From an uncultured Gammaproteobacteria bacterium (lineage in GTDB: Bacteria > Pseudomonadota > Gammaproteobacteria > JADZEE01), in assembly GCA_964610595.1 (NCBI GenBank), contig CAZSZW010000003.1, positions 1 to 28,034 of the forward strand: DNA of 28,034 nucleotides, read 5' to 3'. The position numbers were made by a program, and so were the translations under genes. The notes below the pieces were generated by a model. It was not told where the DNA came from. It did no database searches and saw only the letters and a list, made by a program, of their open reading frames with translations. Shown in pieces: positions 17,552 through 26,525 of this stretch (its first letter is position 1; the number at the start of each line of letters is the position of its first letter).

Positions 17552-18763
17552 TCAAAGCCCGCGCGGCAGGCGCAATCCGCGCAGCGCCACGACGTTGCGC
17601 AGCACTTCGCTGGTACCACCGCCAATCGTGTCGATGACCGTTGCCCGGATCATGTGCGCGACCTCGCCGGCCAACGGCGCGCACGGTGAGCCCTGCTCGA
17701 GCCGGCCCCACGGCCCGAGGATATCCAGCGCCGCGTAGGCGATTCGCTGGCGCAGCTCACTGCCGACCAGCTTGACCAGCGTGCCCTCGGATTCGATGGG
17801 CTTGCCCGCACGCAACAGAAACAGCGCGCGCGCTTCGAAACACAGCGCGGCCTCCAGCTCGACCTCCATCTGCGCCAGTCGCCGGCGCACCCGGGGCTGT
17901 TCGGCGAGCCGGCGACCGTCGCGCACGGTCGTGCGCACGCAGGCGATCAGGCGATCGAGGAATGCCCGCAGCCGGATGTTCTGTGACAGCATCAAGCGCT
18001 CGTGCTCGATGGCCTCGATCATGTAATAGAAACCCCGGTTCGGCTCCCCGACCAAGCGAGTCTCGTGGACGCGCACCTCGTCGTAGAACACGGCGTTGGT
18101 GCGTTCGCCTCCCAGGGTCTGGATCGGGTCGATGGTGATCCCCGGGGCACGCTGATCGACCACGAACAGGCTGATGCCGCGGTGGCGCGGGGCCTGCGTG
18201 TCGGTGCGTACGGCCACCCAGTGGTAATCCGCGTAGTGGCTCTGGGTGTTGTACAACTTCTGTCCCGAAATGACGTAATACTCGCCGTCGCGCACGGCGC
18301 GCATCTGCATGGCGGCCAGGTCCGAGCCAGCCGGCGGCTCGGTGTAGCCGAGCCCGAACTCGATCTCGCCGGCGGCGATGCGCGGCAGGAACTCGCGCTT
18401 CATCCGCTCGCTGCCGTGGCGCAGGATCACCGGACCCGCCATCAGGCGCGCCACGCTGTTGGGCAGATACGCCTCCCGGCGCGCGAATTCCTGCGACAGG
18501 ATGATCTCCTGCGCCACGGTGCCGCCGCTGCCGCCGTATTGCGCCGGCCAGCCCGCGCCGAGAAATCCCGCCGCACCGAGGCGGCGCATGAACTCCCTGC
18601 CTTCGGGCCCCAGACCCTGGTCCAGCGGATGCTGGCGGCGCACCTGCTCGGTGAGCTCGCGATCCAGGAACTCGACCAGGCGGCGCTGGAAGTCGCGATC
18701 CTCGGCCGTGGAGTCCAGTTCGAAATCCAGGGACCGGCGCTGCGAGGACACGCTCGCGCTCAC
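17552..18763 (-). CDS. Acyl-CoA dehydrogenase, probable catalytic subunit of an alpha2beta2 pair
   Basis: C-terminal part of the 17552..19690 ORF; GTG overlaps the ligase stop. LGYTEPPAGSDLA, ISGQKLYNTQS, IEHER and TIGGGTSEVLRN. Confidence 0.88.
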   Translation of the reverse strand: MSASVSSQRRSLDFELDSTAEDRDFQRRLVEFLDRELTEQVRRQHPLDQGLGPEGREFMRRLGAAGFLGAGWPAQYGGSGGTVAQEIILSQEFARREAYLPNSVARLMAGPVILRHGSERMKREFLPRIAAGEIEFGLGYTEPPAGSDLAAMQMRAVRDGEYYVISGQKLYNTQSHYADYHWVAVRTDTQAPRHRGISLFVVDQRAPGITIDPIQTLGGERTNAVFYDEVRVHETRLVGEPNRGFYYMIEAIEHERLMLSQNIRLRAFLDRLIACVRTTVRDGRRLAEQPRVRRRLAQMEVELEAALCFEARALFLLRAGKPIESEGTLVKLVGSELRQRIAYAALDILGPWGRLEQGSPCAPLAGEVAHMIRATVIDTIGGGTSEVLRNVVALRGLRLPRGL

Positions 18764-20301
18764 TTGCGCACCAGCGCGCCGGCGCCGAGCCGCTCGCGCA
18801 GCTCGCCCTTGACCACCTTGTTCAGCGCATTGCGCGGCAGGCAATCGAGGAACACGACGTGGCGCGGGATCTTGTAGCGCGCCAGACGCCCGTCGCAGTG
18901 GCTCAGCACCTGTTCTGCACTGAGCTCGCAGCCCTCGCGCACGACCACGGCGGCGCACCCCACCTCGCCCCAGCGCTCGTCGGCCACACCGATGACGGCG
19001 GCCTCGGCGATGGCCGGCAGCTCGTACAACGCGTTCTCGACCTCGGCCGGGTACACGTTTTCGCCCCCGGAGATGTACATGTCCTTCCAGCGGTCGACGA
19101 TGTAGTAGTAGCCGTCGGCGTCGCGTCGTGCCGCATCGCCGGTGCGGAACCAGCCGTCGCAAAAGGCCTGCGCGGTGGCCTGCGCGTCGTTCCAGTAGCC
19201 GGGGGTCACCGACGGACCGCGGATCCAGATCTCGCCGACCTCGTCGACGCCCGCATCGCGCCCGTCCTGCGTGACCAGACGGATCTCGCCGTGCACCACC
19301 GGCATGCCGCAGGAGCCGACTTTCTCGAGCGGTTGGTCCAGCGCGCTGATGAGCACGCTCGGGCCGCCCTCGGTCATGCCGTAGCCTTCCTGGAAGGACA
19401 CGCCGCGTGCGCGCCAGCGCCGGTGCAGGCTCAGGGGCACGGGCGCTCCCCCCACCGCGGCAGCGACGATGCGCGACAGATCGACGCCATCGAACCGCGG
19501 GTGATCGCTCAACATCTGGTAGCTGGCCGGCACGCCCATCAGGTGAGTGATGCCGAGCGCCGTGTCGGCGACCAGATCGAGGATCCAGTCCGGATCGGAC
19601 TGGCGGCTGACGACCACGGTTGCGCCCGCGTGCAGGGCCGGATTGGAACCGTTGCTCAGACCGCCGACGTGGAACAGCGGCAGCGAGCACAGCTGCACCG
19701 AGGACTGCCCCACGCGCACGAGCATGCCGTAGTTCACGGCGTTGAACAGCGCCATCGCGTGGGTGATGACGACGCCCTTGGGCCGGCCGGTGGCGCCGGA
19801 GGTGTACAGGATGGTACAGGGCTCGTCGAGACGGGCCTCGAGCGGGGCGAAATCCGTGCGCGCGGCGCCGATCGCCCGTGCATACTCACCGCCGGTGCCG
19901 TCCTGCCCCCAGCCGAGCAGGCGCGTCCCGCTGCCCGCCGTGGCCGCTTTCGCGTTCCCGGCGTGGGTCTCGTCATGGAACAACACGCCGGGGACGGCGT
20001 TGGCGAGCTGCTGGCGCAGCTCCGTGGCGGTCAAGCGCCAGTTGAGCGGCACGTTGATCGCGCCGGCCTTGTGGCAGGCGTTCTGCACCACCAGGTGCTC
20101 GGGCGAGTTCTGCGCCAGTACCGCCACGCGCTCGCCGCGCGTGATGCCGAATTCATCGACCAGCAGCGCCGCCAGTGCACGGGCGCGGGCATCGAGCGCC
20201 GCGTAACCGAGCGTGCGCCGGCTATGGGCGTCGATCAGGGCGGGTTTGTCGGGCTGGCGCGCCGCGTGGCGCGCGATCCAGTCGTAGGCCTTCAGGTGCA
20301 C
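18760..20301 (-). CDS. Acyl-CoA synthetase / AMP-forming CoA ligase
   Basis: C-terminal part of the 18760..21333 ORF, starting VHLKAYDWIARHA. YTSGATGRPKG, EGYGMTE, FRTGD, ISGGENVYPAEVE and PRNALNKVVK. Confidence 0.92.
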   Translation of the reverse strand: MHLKAYDWIARHAARQPDKPALIDAHSRRTLGYAALDARARALAALLVDEFGITRGERVAVLAQNSPEHLVVQNACHKAGAINVPLNWRLTATELRQQLANAVPGVLFHDETHAGNAKAATAGSGTRLLGWGQDGTGGEYARAIGAARTDFAPLEARLDEPCTILYTSGATGRPKGVVITHAMALFNAVNYGMLVRVGQSSVQLCSLPLFHVGGLSNGSNPALHAGATVVVSRQSDPDWILDLVADTALGITHLMGVPASYQMLSDHPRFDGVDLSRIVAAAVGGAPVPLSLHRRWRARGVSFQEGYGMTEGGPSVLISALDQPLEKVGSCGMPVVHGEIRLVTQDGRDAGVDEVGEIWIRGPSVTPGYWNDAQATAQAFCDGWFRTGDAARRDADGYYYIVDRWKDMYISGGENVYPAEVENALYELPAIAEAAVIGVADERWGEVGCAAVVVREGCELSAEQVLSHCDGRLARYKIPRHVVFLDCLPRNALNKVVKGELRERLGAGALVRK

Positions 20302-21302
20302 GCGCCCGCGTCCTCGCCACCGACCGCCAGCACCACCTTGCCCATGACCTGACGGCTCTCCAGCAACCGGTGCGCCTCGGCGGCCTGCGCCAGCGGCAGC
20401 ACGGCGTGCACGTGCGGCGCGATGCGCCCGTTGCCGGCCAGGTCCACCAGCTCCTGCAGCGCCCGGCCCATGGCCGGCGCGTCGCTGGCCGCGACCGACT
20501 CCAGGCTCATCAAGCGCAGCGCCGGGCTGGCCCCGAAGGCGCCGAGCATGGCCGGCAGGAACTCGGGCGCCGGCGGCCCCTCGGCCATGCCGTAGAGCAC
20601 GATCTGGCCGAAGGGCGCGAGCATCGTCAGATCGTCGATCAAGGTGGCGCCCCCAACCGAGTTGAACACCACCTGCACGCCCAGGTCGCCGGCCTGCGCC
20701 CGCACCTGCGCGGCCAGCGCACCGGTGCCCGATTGCAGCACCGCGTCGGCGCCCAGGTCGCGCACGAAGCGGCACTTCGCCTCGGATCCCGCCAGCCCGA
20801 TCACGCGCACCCCCTGCAGGCGCGCGAGCTGCACCAGCGCCGAGCCCACGCCTCCGGCCGCCGCGTACACGACGATGGTGTCGCCGGCGCGTACCGGCGC
20901 CGTGCGCCGCAGCAGGAACCAGGCGGTGAGATAGTTCACCCCGATCGCCGCGCCGGCCGCGAAGGAAACCGCCTCGGGCAGGCGCGCGGCGAAAATCGCC
21001 GGGCAGGCCACGTACTGCGCCGCACAGCCGCCGGGCGTGACCACCGCGACCCGCGCGCCCATCCAATCGGGCGCCACCCCCTCGCCCGTCTCGACCACCA
21101 CCCCGGCCGCCTCGTAACCGGTCACGAAGGGCAGCGGCGGCATGTGCGGATACAGGCCGCGGCGCAGCTGCACGTCGCCGAAGCTGACGCCGACCGCGGC
21201 CACTTCGACCAGGAGCTGGCCGGGGCCGGCGCGGGGCCGCTCGACGCTTGCATGGTCCAGTACCTCGGCCGGACCCGTGTGCCGCAGCACGATCGCCTCC
21301 AT
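20292..21302 (-). CDS. Zn-independent MDR (quinone oxidoreductase / enone reductase type)
   Basis: GVSFGD and GYEAAG stand where Zn-ADH has GxCHxD and GHE. There is no four-Cys structural Zn lobe. Nucleotide motif AAAGGVG, and AHRLLESRQVMGKVVL. Confidence 0.88.
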   Translation of the reverse strand: MEAIVLRHTGPAEVLDHASVERPRAGPGQLLVEVAAVGVSFGDVQLRRGLYPHMPPLPFVTGYEAAGVVVETGEGVAPDWMGARVAVVTPGGCAAQYVACPAIFAARLPEAVSFAAGAAIGVNYLTAWFLLRRTAPVRAGDTIVVYAAAGGVGSALVQLARLQGVRVIGLAGSEAKCRFVRDLGADAVLQSGTGALAAQVRAQAGDLGVQVVFNSVGGATLIDDLTMLAPFGQIVLYGMAEGPPAPEFLPAMLGAFGASPALRLMSLESVAASDAPAMGRALQELVDLAGNGRIAPHVHAVLPLAQAAEAHRLLESRQVMGKVVLAVGGEDAGACT

Positions 21303-21342
21303 CACCGTCCTCCCTTCCATCTGCGCTTCGCATTCATTCTAA

Positions 21343-21371
21343 ATAGTAGGAAATTATTCTTTTGGGTACAA
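21343..21371 (-). promoter_or_regulatory. Putative sigma70 promoter for the MDR-ligase-ACAD-ACAD-SDR operon
   Basis: Minus strand TTGTAC-17 bp-TACTAT, about 40 bp upstream of the MDR start, in an AT-rich island. Confidence 0.55.
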
Positions 21372-21389
21372 GCGCGCAATGTGGTCCGT

Positions 21390-22175
<786 letters not shown>

Positions 22176-22316
22176 GGCGCACCGGTGCTCATCGATATGC
22201 TCCCATAGGCCTGTGGGTCACGGCGGCTATTGCACATCCGCACACACGGCATTATTCTTATCGGTATTGTATTATTCTTTTTAGTATAAATACCAGCCTC
22301 GAGCGAGGAAAATCGC
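22176..22316. promoter_or_regulatory. Divergent promoter region between the enoyl-CoA hydratase and serine hydrolase genes
   Basis: 141-bp intergenic region with an AT-rich core, ATTATTCT twice at 20-bp spacing (22251, 22271), a near-perfect palindrome at 22202-22217 and an RBS GAGGA before 22317. Confidence 0.7.
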
Positions 22317-23477
22317 ATGCAACTCACGGATCCGCACAGCGTCGGTATCGACGCGCAACGCCTGCTGCGGCTGCCGCAGGCCATCGCCCGGGACGTCGAG
22401 ACCGGCCTGTACGACGGTGCCGTCATCGCCGTCGGCCGCCACGGTAATCTCGTGCTGCACGAGGCGATCGGCTACGCGGATCGGGCCGCGGGCCGTGCAG
22501 CCCGACTCGACGACGTGTTCGCGGTACTGTCACTGTCCAAGACGCTCACCAACGTGCTGGTACTGAACCGCTGCGAGCAGGGGGCACTGCGCCTGACCAT
22601 GCCGGTCGCGGAGCTGATCCCCGAGTTCGCGGTACTGGGCAAGCAGCACATCACCGTACAGCATCTGCTAACGCACACCGGCGGCCTGGGCGGTATGCCG
22701 CCTTTCCCGCTCGACCACATGCCCCTCGACCAGGCCATTGCGGCCATCTGCACCTTGCCGCCGCTGTCACCGCCCGGGCGCGCGGTCAGCTACAGCGGAC
22801 TGGCGGCACACGCCGTGCTCGCCGAGCTGGTACGCCGTGCCGACGGCGGCGCCCGCCCGTACCGCCAGATCCTGGACCAGGATCTGCTGCAGCCACTCGG
22901 CATGCACGACACTGCGCTCGGGCTGCGCGCGGACCTCGCGCCTCGCCGCGTGCCCATCGTCGTGCGCGACCAGAGCCCGGGTCTGCTGCCGCCACCCATG
23001 CTCGAGGGGCTGAACCAGGTCCTGGGCGAACAATCAGAGGTTCCCGCGATTGGCGCCTTCTCGACCGCAGCCGATTTCTACCGCTTCAGCGAGATGCTGC
23101 GCCGCGGCGGCGAGCTCGACGGCACGCGCCTGCTTTCGCCGCGCATGGTGGCGCTGGCGAACAGCAACTGGACCGGCGCGATGGTCAACGAGCTGTGGGC
23201 CTACGCCCGCGAAAGCCGCGGCTGGGCCGATCACCCGGCCTGGATCGGGCTGGGCTTCGCGCTGCGCGGGGAAGGCATCTTCCCGCACTACTACGGAACC
23301 CTGGCCTCGGCGCGCACCTTCGGCCATCAGGGCGCCGGCTCGACCCTGTTCTGGGTGGATCCGGCGCAGGACATGTGCTTCGTCGCGCTGACCGCCGGCC
23401 TGCTCGAGGAGTCGGCCAGCGTCGAGCGCTTCCAGCGCCTGTCCGATCTGGCCCTGGCCGCGATCGTGGCTCCGTGA
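22317..23477 (+). CDS. Serine hydrolase, beta-lactamase/EstB-like family
   Basis: SxxK motif (LSLSK), LLTHTGG, PGRAVSYS (catalytic Tyr) and FGHQGAG. No obvious signal peptide. Confidence 0.88.
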   Translation: MQLTDPHSVGIDAQRLLRLPQAIARDVETGLYDGAVIAVGRHGNLVLHEAIGYADRAAGRAARLDDVFAVLSLSKTLTNVLVLNRCEQGALRLTMPVAELIPEFAVLGKQHITVQHLLTHTGGLGGMPPFPLDHMPLDQAIAAICTLPPLSPPGRAVSYSGLAAHAVLAELVRRADGGARPYRQILDQDLLQPLGMHDTALGLRADLAPRRVPIVVRDQSPGLLPPPMLEGLNQVLGEQSEVPAIGAFSTAADFYRFSEMLRRGGELDGTRLLSPRMVALANSNWTGAMVNELWAYARESRGWADHPAWIGLGFALRGEGIFPHYYGTLASARTFGHQGAGSTLFWVDPAQDMCFVALTAGLLEESASVERFQRLSDLALAAIVAP

Positions 23478-23582
23478 AGATGACGGGTCGCGCCACGCCG
23501 CGCCCGCTTGCGCCACGTCAACAGCCGCGCGCTCGCGCCGGTCATAGTGAGCGCGGCCGGCGGACTGACACGAGGACAAGTC

Positions 23583-26525
23583 ATGGCTAGCAACGAGCCC
23601 GGGATCCTGCCCGGCAACGGCGGCACGGCCGGCGGCACAACCCGCCGCGGCTTTCTCGCCTTCGGCGTCAGGTCCACGCTGGCGCTGGCGCTGTGCGAGC
23701 TCGCCCCCGCCCTCGACCGGGGCTTCATCGGCGAGGTACTGGCCGGCACCCGCAGCATCGCTTACGCCGGCTGGGAAGATCTGTATCGCAGACAGTGGCA
23801 CTGGGACCGGATCACCTGGGGCTCGCACACCAACGCCTGCTCGCCCGGCACCTGCCTGTTCCACGTCTACACCCGCAACGGCCTGGTATGGCGCGAGGAA
23901 CAGGCGGCGCGCACGCGCGCCAGCAATGCCGCGTACACCGATTACAACCCGCTCGGCTGCCAGAAGGGCTGCGCCTTCCACACCAGCCTCTACAGCGGCG
24001 AACGGGTCAAGTATCCACTCAAGCGCGCCGGTGAACGAGGCGAGGGCAAGTGGCAGCGGGTCAGCTGGGACGAGGCGCTGACCGCGATCGCCGACGCCAT
24101 CATCGACGGCCACCAGCGCGGCGGCACTTCGAGCTTCGTGCTCGACGGCCCGCACGTGCACGCCGGCAGCGTCGCCTCCGCGGCGGCATTCCGTTTCACC
24201 GATCTCCTCAATGGCATCCTGACCGACCACAACGTGCAGATCGGCGATACCTTCGTCGGCTGTCTCATCACCCTCGGCAAGATGCAGGTCGGCTACACGC
24301 CGGACAACTTTTTCGACGCACGCCTTGTGATCCTGACCCATTCGAACTGGTCCTATACCGCGCCGGCGCTGTACCACTTCATTACCGAAGCCCGCTACAA
24401 CGGCACCGAGATCGTGATGCTCGCACCGGACGCCAACCCGACCACGCATGCGGTGGACGTGCACGTACCGGTGCGGATCGGCACCGACGCCGCCTTCTGG
24501 CTGGCCGCCTGCCAGGTGATGATCGAGGACGGCATCTACGATGCCGGCTTCGTGCGCGAGCAGACCGATCTGCCGCTGCTGGTGCGCACCGACACGCGCC
24601 GCTATCTGCGCGCCGCCGAGGTCGACGGCGGCCGCGAGGACCAGCTGTATTTCTTCGACACAGCCGCCGGCCACATCGCGCCGGCGCCGCGCGCGACGCT
24701 GCGCCACGAATTCAACCCCGCTCTCGAGGGCGAGTTCCCGGTGATGCTGGCCGACGGTACGCGGGTAACGGTCACGCCCGTATTCGCGCTGCTGCGCAGC
24801 CAGCTCGACGCGCGCTACCGGCCGGAGCAGGCGCAGGCGCTGTGCGGCGTACATGCCTCGGTGATCCGGGACCTTGCCACCAGGATCGCGACCCGGCGCA
24901 CCTGCTGCTACACCGGCTTCAACAACGGCAAGCACTACCACGGTGACCTGATGGAGCGCAGCCTGCTGCTGGCGCTCGCGCTGTCCGGCAACGTCGGCAA
25001 GCCGGGCACCGGCATCACCATCTGGTCGTTTCCGGCGGACGGCATTTCGCTGCTCGCGGGGATGGAAAAGCCGGTCGCGCAGGGTGGCATGGCCATCGGC
25101 ATGGAGTTCGCCCAGGCGCTGGCGCGCGAGATGACGGCGCGCGATCCGGAGATCACCGAGGAGCTCGTCAACATCGAGATGATGAAACAGATGACGCGCC
25201 GGCTCGGCCAGTCGCCGTCGTCCTTCTGGCTCTACCATCACGTCGGCTACGACAAGCTGTGGAACCGGCGCGAGTGGCAGGATCCGGCCATGCCGCGCTC
25301 GTTCGGGGAGTACATGGAAGCCGCGGTGGCGAAAGGGTGGTGGGACGGACTGGTGCTGCCCGAACCCGGCAAGCCGCCCGAGGTCGTGATGTACATCGGC
25401 AACAATCCGCTGCGGCGCGTGCGCAGCGGCAACGTCCAGTACCCGAAGGAGCTGTTTCCGAAGGTCAAGACCATTTTCGCGGTCGAGACCCGGATGTCGT
25501 CGTCGGCGATGTACTGCGACTACGTGCTCCCGGCCGCGTGGTATTACGAAAAGGAGGACATGACGCTGTCGATGACCGCCAGCCCCTACATCTCGCTGAT
25601 CGAGAAGGCCGTGGAGCCGGTCGGGGAGGCGAAGGAGGAATGGCAGATCTTCGGTCTGCTGCTGCGCAAGATCGCCGAGCGCGCGGCGGCGCGCGGCATC
25701 GACGGGGTCACCGACCGCTTCGGCCAGCGGCGCGACTACGCCGGCCTCTACGAGCGCTACACGCTCGGCGGCGCCGTCAAGGACCACAACGCGGCGGTAC
25801 GCGAGATGGTCGCGGTCAAGGTCGCGACCGGCATCTTCCCGCGCGACTACAGCTACGAGCGCCTGCGCGAGGACGGCACCGTGCCCTTGCACGGCATGGG
25901 CGTGACCTTCCAGCGCCACGCGGTCGCGAACGAATACGATCCGGACAAGCCCTTCTACAGCCTGCGCTGGCACACCGAGGAGAAGCTCCCGTACCCGACC
26001 TATGCGCGACGCATGCAGTTCTACATCGACCACGAGTGGTTCCTCGAGGTCGGCGAGGAGCTGCCGGTGCACAAGGACATACCGCCGATCGGCGGCAACT
26101 ACCCGTTCCAGATCACCAGCGGCCACCCGCGGGTCAGCATCAACTCGGTGCATCTGGCCAACGAGCAGTTGAGCCGCCTGCACCGCGGCCAGCCGGTGAT
26201 CTTCATGAACGACGGCGACGCCGCTGCGCTCGGCATCGCCGACAGCGAGATGGTGCGCGTGTACAACGACGTCGCCGGGTTCGAGATCATGGCCAGCCTG
26301 CAGGCGTGCGTCGCACCGGGACAACTGATCGTCTACTACTGGGAACCGTACCAGTTCCGCGACTGGAACAACTTCGACGGCGTACTGGTCGGTCTGCCGA
26401 AGGCGCTGCACTTCGCAGGCGGCTACGAGCAGCTGCGTTACTTCTACATGCACGGCAGCCCCTACGCCTCGGTGGACCGCGGCGTGCGCGTGGGCGTGGA
26501 GAAACTGAACCGAGGAGTCGTGTGA
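23583..26525 (+). CDS. ebdA: Ethylbenzene-dehydrogenase-like molybdoenzyme, alpha subunit (type II DMSO reductase family)
   Basis: RBS GAGGA. Tat signal TTRRGFL. FS0 motif GSHTNACSPGTC...NPLGCQKG, GPHVHAG, IGDT (Asp Mo ligand), YHGDLMERS, ETRMSSSAMY, HPRVSINSVHL and YEQLRYFYMHGSP. Long stretches match Aromatoleum EbdA as I recall it. Confidence 0.88.
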   Translation: MASNEPGILPGNGGTAGGTTRRGFLAFGVRSTLALALCELAPALDRGFIGEVLAGTRSIAYAGWEDLYRRQWHWDRITWGSHTNACSPGTCLFHVYTRNGLVWREEQAARTRASNAAYTDYNPLGCQKGCAFHTSLYSGERVKYPLKRAGERGEGKWQRVSWDEALTAIADAIIDGHQRGGTSSFVLDGPHVHAGSVASAAAFRFTDLLNGILTDHNVQIGDTFVGCLITLGKMQVGYTPDNFFDARLVILTHSNWSYTAPALYHFITEARYNGTEIVMLAPDANPTTHAVDVHVPVRIGTDAAFWLAACQVMIEDGIYDAGFVREQTDLPLLVRTDTRRYLRAAEVDGGREDQLYFFDTAAGHIAPAPRATLRHEFNPALEGEFPVMLADGTRVTVTPVFALLRSQLDARYRPEQAQALCGVHASVIRDLATRIATRRTCCYTGFNNGKHYHGDLMERSLLLALALSGNVGKPGTGITIWSFPADGISLLAGMEKPVAQGGMAIGMEFAQALAREMTARDPEITEELVNIEMMKQMTRRLGQSPSSFWLYHHVGYDKLWNRREWQDPAMPRSFGEYMEAAVAKGWWDGLVLPEPGKPPEVVMYIGNNPLRRVRSGNVQYPKELFPKVKTIFAVETRMSSSAMYCDYVLPAAWYYEKEDMTLSMTASPYISLIEKAVEPVGEAKEEWQIFGLLLRKIAERAAARGIDGVTDRFGQRRDYAGLYERYTLGGAVKDHNAAVREMVAVKVATGIFPRDYSYERLREDGTVPLHGMGVTFQRHAVANEYDPDKPFYSLRWHTEEKLPYPTYARRMQFYIDHEWFLEVGEELPVHKDIPPIGGNYPFQITSGHPRVSINSVHLANEQLSRLHRGQPVIFMNDGDAAALGIADSEMVRVYNDVAGFEIMASLQACVAPGQLIVYYWEPYQFRDWNNFDGVLVGLPKALHFAGGYEQLRYFYMHGSPYASVDRGVRVGVEKLNRGVV

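Noticed and set aside
17552-21333. Apparent 712-aa and 857-aa fusion ORFs
   Set aside because: The N-terminal halves are Arg/Ala/Gly-rich off-frame read-through. The real genes start at internal GTG codons overlapping the upstream stops (18763) or just inside the upstream gene (20301), so these are not fusions or frameshifts.
22176-22316. Sigma54 or FNR sites for the anaerobic cluster
   Set aside because: TTGC at 22230-22233 has no GG at the required -24 spacing, and I found no TTGAT-N4-ATCAA here or at 23478-23582.
22317-23477. Antibiotic-resistance beta-lactamase
   Set aside because: The fold is shared, but there is no signal peptide, the motifs are esterase-like and the context is catabolic.
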